From NCBI GenBank assembly GCA_049724395.1, contig JAUGWO010000055.1, forward strand, positions 1-64,000: 64,000 nt of DNA. Direction: 5' to 3'. The notes under the pieces are model-generated. The model ran no database searches. It had not been told where the DNA came from and worked only from the letters and a program-made list of their open reading frames with translations. How positions within the stretch are numbered: position 1 is the first letter of the stretch; the number at the start of each line of letters is the position of its first letter. This DNA is from Spongospora subterranea f. sp. subterranea. Taxonomy: Eukaryota. Below, piece by piece: positions 51,293 through 64,000 of the stretch. The position numbers and the translations under genes were made by a program.

Positions 51293-52990
51293 CTAAAGGA
51301 GATCTTCCGATATTACCATCAACATTTCCTCGAAGCTGCACCGCTCTTCCACCAAGCTCTTCATTGTTTGCCAGAGCGCTCTGCAGAATTCATGAGTCGA
51401 CGCTGTTGTCAGGTCGTCCTTTGGGATTTCTGGGGTCCTTGGCTGGCGTGCAATCAAAGAACATTTGTGAATCTTATTCAAAAGTAAAGTAAACACTCTT
51501 GACATCCTCTCAGTTGCAGACTTATAGTCTCGGATCGACGAGCTCGCCATGAACTTCATCAACATTCCCATCTGTTTTGTCAATTACGACTTGAAATGTC
51601 CCACTACATCACAATTGCATAGTCTACCTGTTCGCAAGTCTTTCGTGCGGCTTGCTCAGGGTCTCTTTGTATCAGATCGCTCATGAGCTCCAGAGCATGC
51701 TGAACATCAGGATGAAGTCGATACGCGATCGAATTGGAAATAACTTGCACTTGTGGATGCGTTATCGGCACGCCATCAAGTTGTCGCGCCTGGCCATTAT
51801 CAGAGAAATTGATATCCATTGGAGTGATTGACGACCACCAAGACGTGACCGGCAAAGCGTTTTGGCCACCATCACGTCACATCGGGACTGATGTTGCACA
51901 ATTGTAATGTGCACTGAATGATACAGGACTGACACGAGCCCGGACGAACTGTAACCGGAGTGCCAAAACAAACGATACCGGCAAGGGGATCAGAAGGTTG
52001 TATCAGCCACAGAGACACGCAGAGTACGTCTGCCAATCCCTTGCCAGTTCATGTTGAAACTCAGTTGTCTTCGGTATATGAATTGAGCCCTGATCCCTGG
52101 TTGCTGTGCGTGCTGGTAGGACATATTAATGCTCTGGCGAGGGGTTACATAGTTTGAGGCTGATGGCCATTTCAAAAAAATTGTTTCTCTGCACCTGCCG
52201 CCTCAAGCACATGAACATGATCGACCTTCCTGCTAACTATATTACAGACCTAAAATGAACCAGAACATTGACAGCTCCAACAATGGCCAAAGTTCTGTGT
52301 CAAGGATCGCACAACCGTTTGAGATTTATTATATCATGTACACACGGATGGTTAGCTTGGTCCTAGCATAACTGGTTCGCTGCAATTCAACATCTGAGTG
52401 CCCAAATCCTCCGGCATTGTGTGACATTCGAGTGCAGGAAGCTCTGCAAGTGGACGCTGCGAAATCTGAGCAATTTGTCAGATTGAAGCTCATTTTTTTT
52501 GACATTGCTTATACATTACGATGGAAACGACGCAGTGGGAACCTAAATGGAAGTAATGAGCAACATGTGAGACTGTATCATCAAGGACGGCGTACATCGT
52601 ATGTCGTGAACCTGGAAGTTTACACCAACCACATTCAACAAACTCTGGGTCCTTGTCCGTGCCTGAAAAGCAAATGTTTACAAACAGATAAAAATGTGCA
52701 AGCTAATGAATTACTGAGTACTGGCGGGACAGGCTTTGTCGCGGCCATGGCTACATCCCAAAGATACTGATCATATTCATTCCATGGACCAAAATCAGCG
52801 TTTGTTGGTCGCTTCAATCCCCTATCAAGACATCACTGACTTCCAAATGACACCCAGCACGTTTTGGATTGTCTGACCATCGCACTTCCCAACGATCGAC
52901 GAAAATCTGACCCAGGCGCCAGGCTCCTGCGCTTGCCAGAACTGAGCCGGCCATGCAGGCTACCAAAACAGTGGCTGACACGATCACCAT
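51293..52990 (-). CDS. Orphan spliced gene, paralog B (possibly a pseudogene)
   Basis: MVIVSATVLVACMAGSVLASAGAWRL.. | KRPTNADFGPWNEYDQYLWDVAMAATKPVPPVLS | TDKDPEFVECGWCKLP; downstream open segments 51604-51855 and 51293-51583. Confidence 0.55.
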
Positions 52991-53437
52991 CTGTATAACG
53001 ATAATGATATTGATGCAGAGAACTCGACCGTGATAAACAACAACTGTTTATGTTAACAGATGCGAATGTGTAATGATGTTGAAATGGGGTGTTTGTCCAA
53101 CATGAGACAGTCGGCCGATGGACTAAGTTGGCTGCCCCGAGCCACTCGTTGGTTTCTTGCCTCTGTTATCGCGACTGATAGGGAATGGCCGAACCCGACA
53201 TCGTGGCGCTCGGTCAAGCATCCGGAGGCAACCAGAGGCAAATCGTATTGTGAGTGATGAACACGAACGACAATATTCGTGTACCGTGGAGCGCCTTTTT
53301 TAACGGCTTGAATAATGGTAATTCAGGGTTTGATGATTACAGTTCAAGCCACGATTTTGTTTCTTGATTGTCATGCCGCGGCCACTTTCTTAGATCTGGC
53401 TACAATCTGTGAAAATCGATTTATGATCATTGATAAT

Positions 53438-54280
53438 TTATGTAGGAATTTCAACAGTACTGTCTTCGTCATCGACAGGAAAAAACGTGTATGATAGTGT
53501 GATAGAATTGACGTCTTTCATTTTTGGATCGTCTGAGAGCTTTGGGTCCAGGAAAAAGAACACAGGTAGCTCGACCTCTTCCTGAGCACGTAATCTTTGC
53601 TCTTCGAAGCAAAAACACTGAAACAATATCAGTTGATGTATTAATCAAAAATGGCTCGACCAACCTGAATTTTGTTGAAGTACAAACCCGCTTTCATTGG
53701 TGTGACATTGTAAGACGAAACACCAGCTAAAAAACAACAGTTGAGTTCACAACCAAAGAGCAAGCATGTTCAAAGCGTACTGATTGCCTTATCTGAAGTG
53801 TTCTTTGCTCGGTAAAACGCCACGGGCTGTATCTCCGACTTGAACGCGGATGTTTTTTTGAGCGGGAATAAATTTCCATGCCATATTTGCACTTGCTCAA
53901 AACAATATCGAATGAGAAAAAACTGGGACGGTAAAATGGGCATGCTTACTATCAGCATTAAATTCAACGTTGATAAAGCGTTGGGGTTTTTTATCAGACA
54001 TTTCAGCTAGTTGACTGATTTTGTCTTCAACCCTTGATTGAACAGTCCCACCATATCCTGTCGCTTGGCAAAAAGCTCGATATAGCGGAACGGATGCGTA
54101 GGACAGCCCTAACTGTGTAAACCAAATTATAAACAAATGTCGCTGAAGTACGTTGAACTTTACGGTAAATACAGCGACGGCTGTAGCATACATTGCCGTT
54201 GAGGATCGTTGTGATGAGAATCGAGACCATGACGCGCCGGAAAACGCTCGTTTACGAGCATGATTGTATCCCCAAAACAT
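53438..54280 (-). CDS. COX11: Cytochrome c oxidase copper chaperone COX11 (multi-exon)
   Basis: [85 protein letters not shown]. Confidence 0.95.
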
Positions 54281-55610
54281 TCTCGCCGATCCGGAACCCC
54301 GCTCGGGATGAACTGCTGAACGATGGCACCGAGACTGACGGACTTGGCGTTCTCAAGTCAGAAATTCAGCACGAACAGGGATATGTCGGCGATATCTCTT
54401 GACCTCAAATGATATCGATAACAGCATGGTAAATTTCTACTGCTGTTCCCGGCAATGGCATTCGACAATGCCAACGTTGAATTTGTAGCCTCAATGATGT
54501 TATGAAACCGCACAGACAGATTCGTTCAAAACGACCAAGCCTTGATGAGATGTACTATGTCAGATTCAACGTAGCCAGCGACAGATCGAACGATTTTGTT
54601 GCAGTACGGGCACGTCTGGCCCAGATAATACAATAATTGAACTACCCTACATCCAAAGCCACTGCCAAAGGTCAGGGGATGCACAGCGAGCGCATCAGTA
54701 CTAATCGTGTTGAGAAGACTTTACATTGAAATGGCTTGAGTATATAGACGCGCCTCTAGCATTTCCGCGTTTATATTTGTACGTCGTGAATCATGATTTG
54801 ATAAACAACGACGTTTGTCCTTCAAAAAGAGTGTGTAGCCAAAATAGTGTATTGACTTGTCTTTGAACAACTCATTCTGACTGGTATGGAATCTTCAATG
54901 GCCCACTAGTTGAATTATGTCATTTTTGTTATAAAGCGCTTGATCCCATCGTTTTCAGCATTGCCCATGGCCGTATCAACTGAAGAATGCCGACCCATTT
55001 TCCATCAACGCTGCGGCGTCACAAAAGCAATGCAACCTGCACGGCAGTTACAGACTCGATCAGTTTATCTGGAAAAACGGGGGTGAACCCATGGTCAGTC
55101 GTTTTCCTGATTGCGAAGCGATACTGATCCCTGGGTTGAGGGCCCGGCCCGCCTGCCATTCACACGAGTGAAACCACGCGGTGACTAACTACTGATATGG
55201 TATGGGGCTCCTGTATTGATTAATTCGTAAGGGGCCTGTTGATGATACCTTCTTCATTATATCGACATATCATTGGATAGGACACCCGATCCATACCGAT
55301 CGCCATTACTCGACGGCTCAGCAGCCGCGGAACAAACCTCCATTCGGGGCGGCTTTCGGTTAAGTGCGCCGGCAGCGAAAACCGGAAGAGGATCCGGACG
55401 GCGGCGCAGGTCGGTTGCGGATCACCCCCCCTTTCGAGAATCGGATTGAGGTACTGTACATAAAACATTTATATCAATCTGATTCTGTACCGACAACTGC
55501 TGAAATAGAGTTGTCCTGGAGAAAGACAGTCAGAGACTGGCACTTGCTTGCTTGTCACTCGCCCCTGATTGTTGGAAGGCGTGTCCGGCCAATAATCTGG
55601 CGACTTGTAA

Positions 55611-58600
55611 ATGGGCAATGGCAGTTCTGGTTATGATCGAGGACGCGCAGATGCGGTGAGATCCAGTAATGTCGATATCTGCAATATAGATCTCGCCAGG
55701 ATATTGGATCCGTCATATGTTGCCGGAATTCTGAAGATACATCCTGATGGATTGAAGAGCCCCGATTTGTTAAAAGACTTCGAAGATGATTGCGAGTCGC
55801 CGGAGGCAACCGTTCTGGAAGAAATGATGCTGGCCATTGGAGGTCCTGGCATTTCAAATCGACAGCAGGACATAGAAAATGTAGTAAGTACGCTCTTGAA
55901 ACAGGTTGACTGGACAACCGTATCGGAAGACGCCGAAGAATCCAAGTATCGAGAAATTTTATTGAGGCGAATCGGTCAGGCTTTGAACAAACGTCCGAAT
56001 CAGGAATCGAAACCCCTTCCTGTGAAATCTGCGTTAAACGCTTCGGTTCAAAATATTACTCTATCTGCCACATCACTGACCTACGCTGACGCTGCCTCTG
56101 GGAATCTTACCGTCAAGACAAGTAATCAAATTCTCAGTTTGCCATTTGAGGCATTAATTGGCGTTAAACTATTCTGCGCGACCCTTGACATCGTCGGGGT
56201 ATCAAACGAATCTTTCAGCATCGTCATCCTAGATGCACTCCTCCCTTTACTTAGTCAGATGCCGCCCGTGACCAAAACAAGCTGTTCTGATGATGAAATT
56301 GGTGTTTTGGATTCAATATCTAGATTCTTAACTTCGATGCTTAGCAGTTCGACAGTATTGTCAGACAGCTACAAAAGCGTCGCTGTTTCTGTTCTGACAG
56401 GGCTCGCTATCGCTCGGGCAAGCCTTTCCGATCTTCTTGTAGTCCTGGAAATACTTCTCTGCGGGTTTAAAACTTTATCTGCAACGCAAAGCACTAAAGC
56501 GAGCTCAACGTCGTTGTCCCTAAGGGTCGTACCCTTTCTTCAACAATTAGCAAAAGCATCCGGACCAATGAGCTCATCAAGCTGTGCATTGCTTTCATCA
56601 AGCTTTGATCAAAATAACGGCCAGCATCCGTTGATTCCTCCAGGAGACTTATATTCTTGGGGTCGCGGCGAAAACGGACGACTAGGCATCAGTTCAGTAG
56701 TCAAAAAACCAACGCCTACCCTCGTATCGACATTCGCATTGAAGAACTTACGTGACTTTGCAACATTTGCAAATCATGCTTTAGCTTTTGATGCAGTAGG
56801 AAAGGCATACTCTTGGGGAAAAGGAGACAATGGACGTTTAGGCCATGGGAACACAAGCCATCAATCAGTTCCTAAAGCGATAGAAAAAATTCTCGGAGTC
56901 TACATCCTCAGTGTTGCTTGTGGTCTTTCACATTCGCTACTACTTTCAGCAGACGGGGTGGTTTTTTCGATGGGAGATGGCAATAACGGCAGGCTAGGGC
57001 ACAAATCCTCTACCGGTTTAACTGAACCTCATCCCATCCAACAGTTACAAGGAATCAAGGTGGCGTACATCGCTTGCGGAGCATATCATTCGATCGCGAT
57101 AGACGGTAATGAGACAGGAACTGTAATATTCCTGGGGAAAAAACGATAGTGGTCAGCTTGGCCTTGGCCACCGAAACGATTGCAGCTCGCCGACGGTCAT
57201 TGAAGCTCTCTCTTCCAAACCAATCAAGATGATCGCATGCGGATGGGAGCATAATTTAGCGATTACCGTCCAAGGGGAAGCTCTGTCTTGGGGTAGCGGT
57301 TATGAAGCTTCTCGTCCGGTACTTGGACATGGCGGTTGTACCCCAGAAACTATACCCCGAACACTGGATGCTTTACATGACAAAACCCTCGTTTTCGTTG
57401 CCGCAGGCTGGGATCATGCATTGGCAATAACCGAATCTGGCGAGTTATATACGTGGGGTGAAGGACTTAGCGGCAAGCTGGGCCATGGAGATTCTGCAAA
57501 TCAAGAACTGCCCAGACAAGTGGAAGCTTTGGCTCTTCAACAAATTGTATGGGTTGACGGTGGTGCAGATCACAGCGCAGCTATTAGCGCGACCGGTCAA
57601 GTCTGGACATGGGGAGGCGGCAGCGAATTCCAATTAGGGCACGGTTCAGAATCTTACAGCAATGTTCCGATCAACGTCAACGCGCTGTCCGGAACTTCCA
57701 TCCGTTCAATTCGTGTTGGCGACAAGTACTCAATGGCGATTACAGGGGCCCCTGTCGATCCAGTTTTGTTAGGAACTGGTGGTAGACCGTTAGCGACCAA
57801 ACCAATAGAAACCGTTGAGGCAGATCCTCAAAGTTCTACAGCTGAGGATGTGGCAAATGACGAAGACACTGTGGGAAATCCGCAAAACTTTCAAGCGTTT
57901 TCCAAGTCTCTTGTCACTCTCGATGCGGATGTACTGCTTGATCCACTTACAGTGGCGGTTATTTTGTTGGAACATCTCCAGCGACTTGCAGAGCAACAAG
58001 TTTTCGATCGTTCAATTGTTCGCCCTGAGGAAATTTCTTCTGCCCCTTTTTGCATCGACGTTCAGCCCGCATCTTTCATTTCACTAATGAATGTCTCACA
58101 ATATGCGTTCGACCAGTTATGCGATTTATCGAACCCCAGTATAAATCTCCACATTTTGAAGAAAACACTAGAGTTACTTGGCTGCAATTTACGTCGGCTG
58201 GTGATGTTGAGCTCTAATCAAATAGCGGAGCTTGGATTTGCTGTCGCCAAAGAGGTCGTCTCAGATCATTCACAGTTTTCACTTTGCGATCTCCACAAGT
58301 TCCTGGTCAAACTCATTGAACGTCCCATCCCAACGTTTGATGACGAAAAGGAAACAGCAGTAACTATCGGTGGTATATCTGATCAAATCGTTGAAATTTT
58401 ACAGATCGGGTTGGAATTGTTTTATCCAACTCGTGAGGCCAAATTTGCTCTTGCAAATGATTGTATCATCGGGGATTCCAAAGTTACGAAGAAAATAGGC
58501 CAATCAATGCTGTCCAGGCTTTCAGAGAGCTCGATTGCTGCGCAACTAATTCCAAAACAAGATGACCGCAGAGAGGTCCGATCTCTGCTCGAGTTCCTTC

Positions 58601-61600
58601 GTCTTCTCATCAACAGATGTTCGCAAAATGGCATCAGTGGCACCCTACCGCTGTTGAGGTTCTTATCATCGCTTCAGACACATTTATTATCCCAGTGCAC
58701 TTTTCTTTTATCCTCTGGGTCCTCTGATGATTCACCATTTACCGTTATGACTCTAGATTATGCAAGATCGGTTTTAGACGCAGCAGTTGCGTCCTGTCAA
58801 TCTTTTCAAAACCTAGCTCCCTCATCATTCGCAGATTCTGTAAAAATCCTGAGACAATCCATTGTCTCCAATATCAGTCCAAGTCTTATTCAGACACTCT
58901 CACTCTCTGGATTAGCTTCCCGGGTGCTTCCATCCCTGTTGGCATTGCTACACTCGCTAGATAAGATTGCTGTTGGTCTTGATTCTGGTGGATTAACAAG
59001 TAATTCTTCGCTGGAAGATTCCGACGTCAACGCATCTGATCAATGGTTGTTTTCCACGGTCCATATTGTGACCGATGCTGTTTGCGATGTTCTGCAAGCC
59101 CAGATTCGTGCAGACTGTCAAAACGGTACATCGTCCGAACGACTACCCACTGACCAGCTAAGCGACTCAGAAGTCAGTTATACTCGTATACCGAATGGCT
59201 GTGCTGATGTTATATCAAGCATCACTGACCAATCGAGTGCGCGTGTTTGGCTCTCATCAAAACTATTTCAGTTTGGATTCGAACATCATTCAGGTGCTCC
59301 GGGTCTACAAGTTGATAGTGAACCGGTTTTGGGTCCTGTTTGTGTCAAACCAACCCATGACACTCCTCGAGCAATTCGGGCACCGTTTATACCAGCTGCG
59401 GAGCGCGTTAGTAAATTGAATCAATTTGTTGTGTCACATGCGGATTGCAAAGAACTTTATGACGAGATCGTCGAAGAACTGGGTCTTGGAGGCAGATTGT
59501 GGGCATGGCTCAATATTGCCATGCGAGCGGAACGAGTTGGTGCCCCACAGCTTTGGCTAGATCGCGCCGCGCGATGCACTTTCGCTTGTCTGCTCCATCA
59601 TCAGGATCTCGGAGCCGAGGCAGTTGTGCTTGGCCGTCTTATCACGATAAAAAACGTAGGACGTGGAGGGCCTGATCGGCGACCTCGTGGATCCTCATTC
59701 GCATATCTTCGTGTTCCTTTTGAAATCGCTGAGGTCTGGAGAGAGTCGCAAGCCATTCGAACGCATATAATGTTCAAACGCACATCGGCGATGTCCGAGT
59801 TTGATGGGGATTCATCAAGTGAAGTCAACCTCAGTTATGAAGCCGTAGTTGCACCAATCATTGCTAAGGCGTCTCTTCTTTTATGTCTAGCAACTGGCCG
59901 GGATTCAGATGAATATGTTGAATGGGCTGAGTTGTCAAACAACGGAAATGATGGAGACGGAGGAGTCGGAGCGAAAGTTTTTGACTGGGAAAGGTCTGAT
60001 CTGAGCAACGAGATTGTCGACATCCCCCGGGCTTTTGAAGAATTTGATGACGACGAGGCTGTGTGCGCTGGAACATCTGTGGAGTCGCATGTCAGGGCGT
60101 ACGACAAAAACATTCAGGTCAATTGTGATAAACGCCAGCATTCCAAGAACGGCGATATTCTTCATCTTTCCTCTTGGAAACACGTTAGACTCTTATTGAT
60201 CTCTGTTTCCAAATGGAAACGTGCAGTAAATTCTACGCTGCAGCATTCTATGAAGCAAAAATTATCAAAAGAGTCTCCCTATGCCGATTTTCGACGCTTT
60301 TTCCAGGCCGGCAACATTTCAGCTTCGGTGATAAGACAATTACTGTTACAGCAGCATGATAGGGCGGTGGAAAGATGGAAAGGACTTCGTCATTTACGTC
60401 GCTTACTTGCCATGTTGCAGCTGCGTTTTTCCGTTCGTGCAAAGCTTTTGTCTTGTATGCCAAAATCGTTATCTCATGGATCCGCGCTGGAGGGCCTTGA
60501 CGGCTGTGGAAGTTTATTTTCTGGTCACGTTCAGCGCCAAGCACTGTCGATCATGAGGTGTGCGGTTCAGGGGATGCAACAGGTACGCTGGTCTGCTCGT
60601 ATTCAAGTTTTTTTTTAAAGCATATTAGGTCATAGAGGAAGATCAGGCAAATGCAACATGCTCAGCCGAATTGCTTTTACTTGGAAAAGCAAGTCTGGCA
60701 GCTGTAGCTCAGCGATTGCACCCATGGGATCACGAGCTGTTTTGGAAAAGCGGTGCCATTCCATCGATTCAATCGTTTTTCGGTCGGGATGGAACGACTG
60801 TGTCTCGAGCCTTAAAACCAATCGCTTGGAAAGTGTTTCGGCTGATTTCGGTTCAACTGGCGTTGTCTCGAGATACAGTTAATCTGCATTCAGGCGATAT
60901 CTACCGATCCGTACATGCTGAGCTGATTCGCTGCATTGCTGATAAACATGTCCAGCATTCCGGAAGGCGTTTAAGTACGTCGTCTCATTCTGGTGGAGGT
61001 ATTGGCGGGTGGACACCGGCCGACTGTCAAGTATTATTATCGTCCCCGGTCGTCATTCATGCCGGTCATTTAGGATATCGTTTACCTGTGCTTCCGTCGC
61101 AATCGCGCTCTTCCAACGACTACACGATTGCATTTTGGATCCGCCTGAATTCTTCTACTACTCCAGGCGGTTTGCTTTCGACGGCTGAGCAGATTATTTG
61201 TATTCGATTAGGTTCTGCCCAAGTTTTTTCACCAAAAATTACTCTGTCCAAGTATGACAAAAAGGTTCACGTAAGTGTTACGACCAGCACAGGAAATGAA
61301 GTCATCATCAGCTCAAATGGTCTAACGCCATACGTTTGGACACACGTCAGCATCTACGTATCTAAACGCAATGCTTCACTTGTCTTGGCTGTATCTCCTG
61401 AGAACATAGTTACAGTTCACAAGACTTTTCAAGGATCTGTACGTTCGTTGACGTTGCAAAAGTCGCCGTTTTTTATTGGAAAAGCACTGGAAGGCAACGA
61501 CACAGCTGGTTTTGACGGCCATGTGGCACAAGTAATTTTCCTCCGACGTGCACTCGAAGATTCCGAAATTGCCAACATCCTTAAGGAAGGTCGACCATCG

Positions 61601-64000
61601 CAAGGATCGGCTGAATCGACTTCATGCCAATTGCTCTCTCTTCTCTGGGCAATGGGTTCAGGTGTCTTTCTTAGAAAAGATGGAGATGGTGACTCCCCGA
61701 ACTGGATAGATTTACTTTTGGCGTTATTGGCTTCTGGGACACTTGGAGTTAGAATACGAGTTTTACGTCTGTTGCGGCACTTCTTGCCTCAGTTGTCTCC
61801 ATATTCGATATGCTGCCTTAAATCTCATTTTATAACCGAAAATGCTATGCAAGCGAGTTCACATGTTGCCGCCTGTGAAGACCGTATTGAGCCATCTCCT
61901 TCACCGCGGGACGGAAGCCCTGATCAAATATTTCCTGTTGATTATCAGCAGTCATCGCAAACATCATCATTAGTAACCTTCTTGCTAGAATGTTCAGCGG
62001 CGTCACTTTGGACATGGTCGGTATATCCTCAAGATAATCGCACAGAGCACCACAGGATGGCCGTCGCTGACGAATCCATTATGCTCTTGAGGTTCATTGT
62101 CGAAGGCGGGGGCTCTTTCGCATCGAATGTCATAAGCCAGTTGACAAACGCTCTAGATGATATTCCAGGTCTTCTGCGGGAGCTCCAATCTAACTCAGGG
62201 GATTCTTCAACTTTTCCTCTCAAAGGGAAAAAACTTGGGTATGCTATTACCGCGCTAGCTGTAGTTGGAGGACACAAGCGGATGCTTCGACTTGGAGCTC
62301 GCGTTCGTCTACCAAATTGTGATATTGGAACGGTCTGCTGGTTTCGATCCAGGTCTCAAATAATGAGGGTTATCCTTGACAACTTGCCTAACAAGCCGCC
62401 CATCACCATACCTGTAAAACTAGCTAACCTTTTCGACGAAGGTACCTCATCGAAATCAAGTCAGTTGTTTCAGGACAAGCTTCTGAGCTTGTTCGCCCTG
62501 GTTCTTGCTGAATACCGCAAAGATATCACGATGCAGCATTCATTATCCGCACTCGAGACTGAGGAAGAACAAGTAAACGGAAATTCAGTTCAACTGCTGG
62601 AAAAGCTGGTTGTCCGGACGCATATCAGCTCGATGTTACTGAAGGCGGTTTGTTCAATGATCAGCACCGATAATCAACGAATCACGGATGGTGATCTACT
62701 TTCGCAACTCATGTTCGTAGCATCCATGCCCAGTAAAACGGAATCCAGGCTCGACAGAGCTTCATTGGAGTTTAGACATCAGTTTTTGTGGGCACAGCTT
62801 CGGCAAAGCCGGCACGCGTATTTCAACACGGATAAGAGCCCTATCATTCAAGTTCCATCTTCGGCTCCGCCAAGCGTCCCTACGAGTCCGGTTGCAGCGG
62901 CGCCTGTAGGCGAAGAGCAAGTTTTTCAGGAAACTAAAATTGATCATGTAGCAGCAATGGGCTTTGACCGTGATTTTTGCCGGCTTGCGTTAGCGAATTG
63001 TGCATGGGATGAAGCATCTGCGGTGGAGTTTCTTCTCGTAAATTTAGACATGTTGGAAGCTCAGAAACGTGCTACCGAGTCTGCGATTGCCGCTGCTGTT
63101 GGACATTCTGTACCGTCAAACGCTTCCTCATCTCCCAAAGACACGTCTGCAAATCGCTCACTTCGCCAAGTAATTCCAAGAGCCAGTTCAGGCTGCTATA
63201 TCGCATGGTCTTCCCACTGTGGACATATCGTTAATCGGCGATACGTCTAGTCGGGAAATTGGAACCGATGTCTATGTCGAGCGTTTCTTTGCCGACAATG
63301 ATCGGGGAGTACTGCCATGCGTCATTGAATCGTATTTGATTAGTCATACCGTACCTGGTGACGGCGACCAAGCATCTACTGGTGCAATTGGCCTAGATGA
63401 TGCAAGTCTTGAATCGGGAGGATATATCGATACTTTGCATTTAGTCAAGGAAATGGATGATACTCTTGGTATAGTATTTGCAAGGGAAGCCGTTCTCGCA
63501 ATACTGTTTTCTCCTGGTTCAACAGATGCCTCTATCACAGTTCGTTCGTGTGCGCTCAAAGATCCATTCTTATTAATACGCCTTTTGAAATTAGTGCTGT
63601 TTCGCAATCGCATGCCCCTTGATCGCGAAAAGGCCTTACTGACAAATATATCAAGCGTATTCCACCAGCGCTGCTCCTCCGAAGAGTTAACTGCTTTTAC
63701 AAGATTTCAGTCGATCATTCTTGAAGAATGTTTACGCCACATGGAATCGGCTGCGTTACCCGAAAATTGTAGCATCATCTGGGGAAACAGAGATTTCGTA
63801 TGCACTGATTTCGATGCATTGTGCAAACCTCGTGTTGAGCTTGCGTCTTGGATGTTCGAATTCCTGATAAGTCTCCCACATCTGTCCCCTGGTTCCAGAG
63901 TTCTTGTCGTCGAACGCTTATGTCGCACGTTGAAGTCATCATCGCTCACCTTGCGCGAAGCCGTGTTCGATATTTTAAGCAAGCTTCTCTACAGTCTTGA
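55611..64000 (+). CDS. Giant HERC-like protein: RCC1 repeats, LamG/ConA-like domain, UBA; continues past the window
   Basis: MGNGSS (myristoylation-type N-terminus); repeated (Y/W)SWG.G..GRLGHG RCC1 motifs at ~56640-57750; YTIAFWI..WTHV..GFDGHVAQV..RRAL..SEI; UBA AMGFDRDFCRLAL..WDEASAVEFLL. Intron 60584-60628; +1 frameshifts ~57125 and ~63179. No HECT domain seen within the window. Confidence 0.85.

Noticed and set aside
54420..55470. Possible small multi-exon gene between COX11 and the HERC-like gene
   Set aside because: Could not build a consistent spliced ORF or recognise any homology.
57105..57150. Micro-intron explaining the frameshift in the HERC-like gene
   Set aside because: Available GT-AG pairs span 12 or 27 nt, so they do not change frame, and the 27-nt one would delete the conserved SWG motif.

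Overview
Eukaryotic DNA with short GT-AG introns and moderate GC. Flagellar genes (DRC9/IQCG-like, TSNAXIP1-like), a secreted CBM18 protein and compact gene islands suggest a zoosporic protist such as a plasmodiophorid; this is inference, not proven. Gene islands: SEC61-gamma, a USP48/UBP26-like deubiquitinase, a C2H2 zinc-finger gene, IQCG, TSNAXIP1-like, RPB11, a CBM18-mucin, two coiled-coil genes, RABGGTA, COX11 and a giant RCC1/LamG/UBA HERC-like gene running off the right end. These alternate with regions of decayed transposons (PIF/Harbinger, IS630/Tc1-like, Ty1/copia). The most striking feature is a high density of fold-back structure. There are about nine inverted repeats, from a perfect 22-bp palindrome to a ~5-kb inverted duplication, and most pair a transposon fragment or LTR with an adjacent inverted relative. 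The 5-kb duplication carries small secreted proteins whose flanks and signal peptides are near-identical but whose mature regions are strongly diverged. A spliced orphan paralog pair (about 49-53 kb) is largely invisible in the ORF track. Isolated frameshifts in otherwise intact genes may be assembly indels. All alignments were done by eye, so TE and repeat boundaries are approximate.
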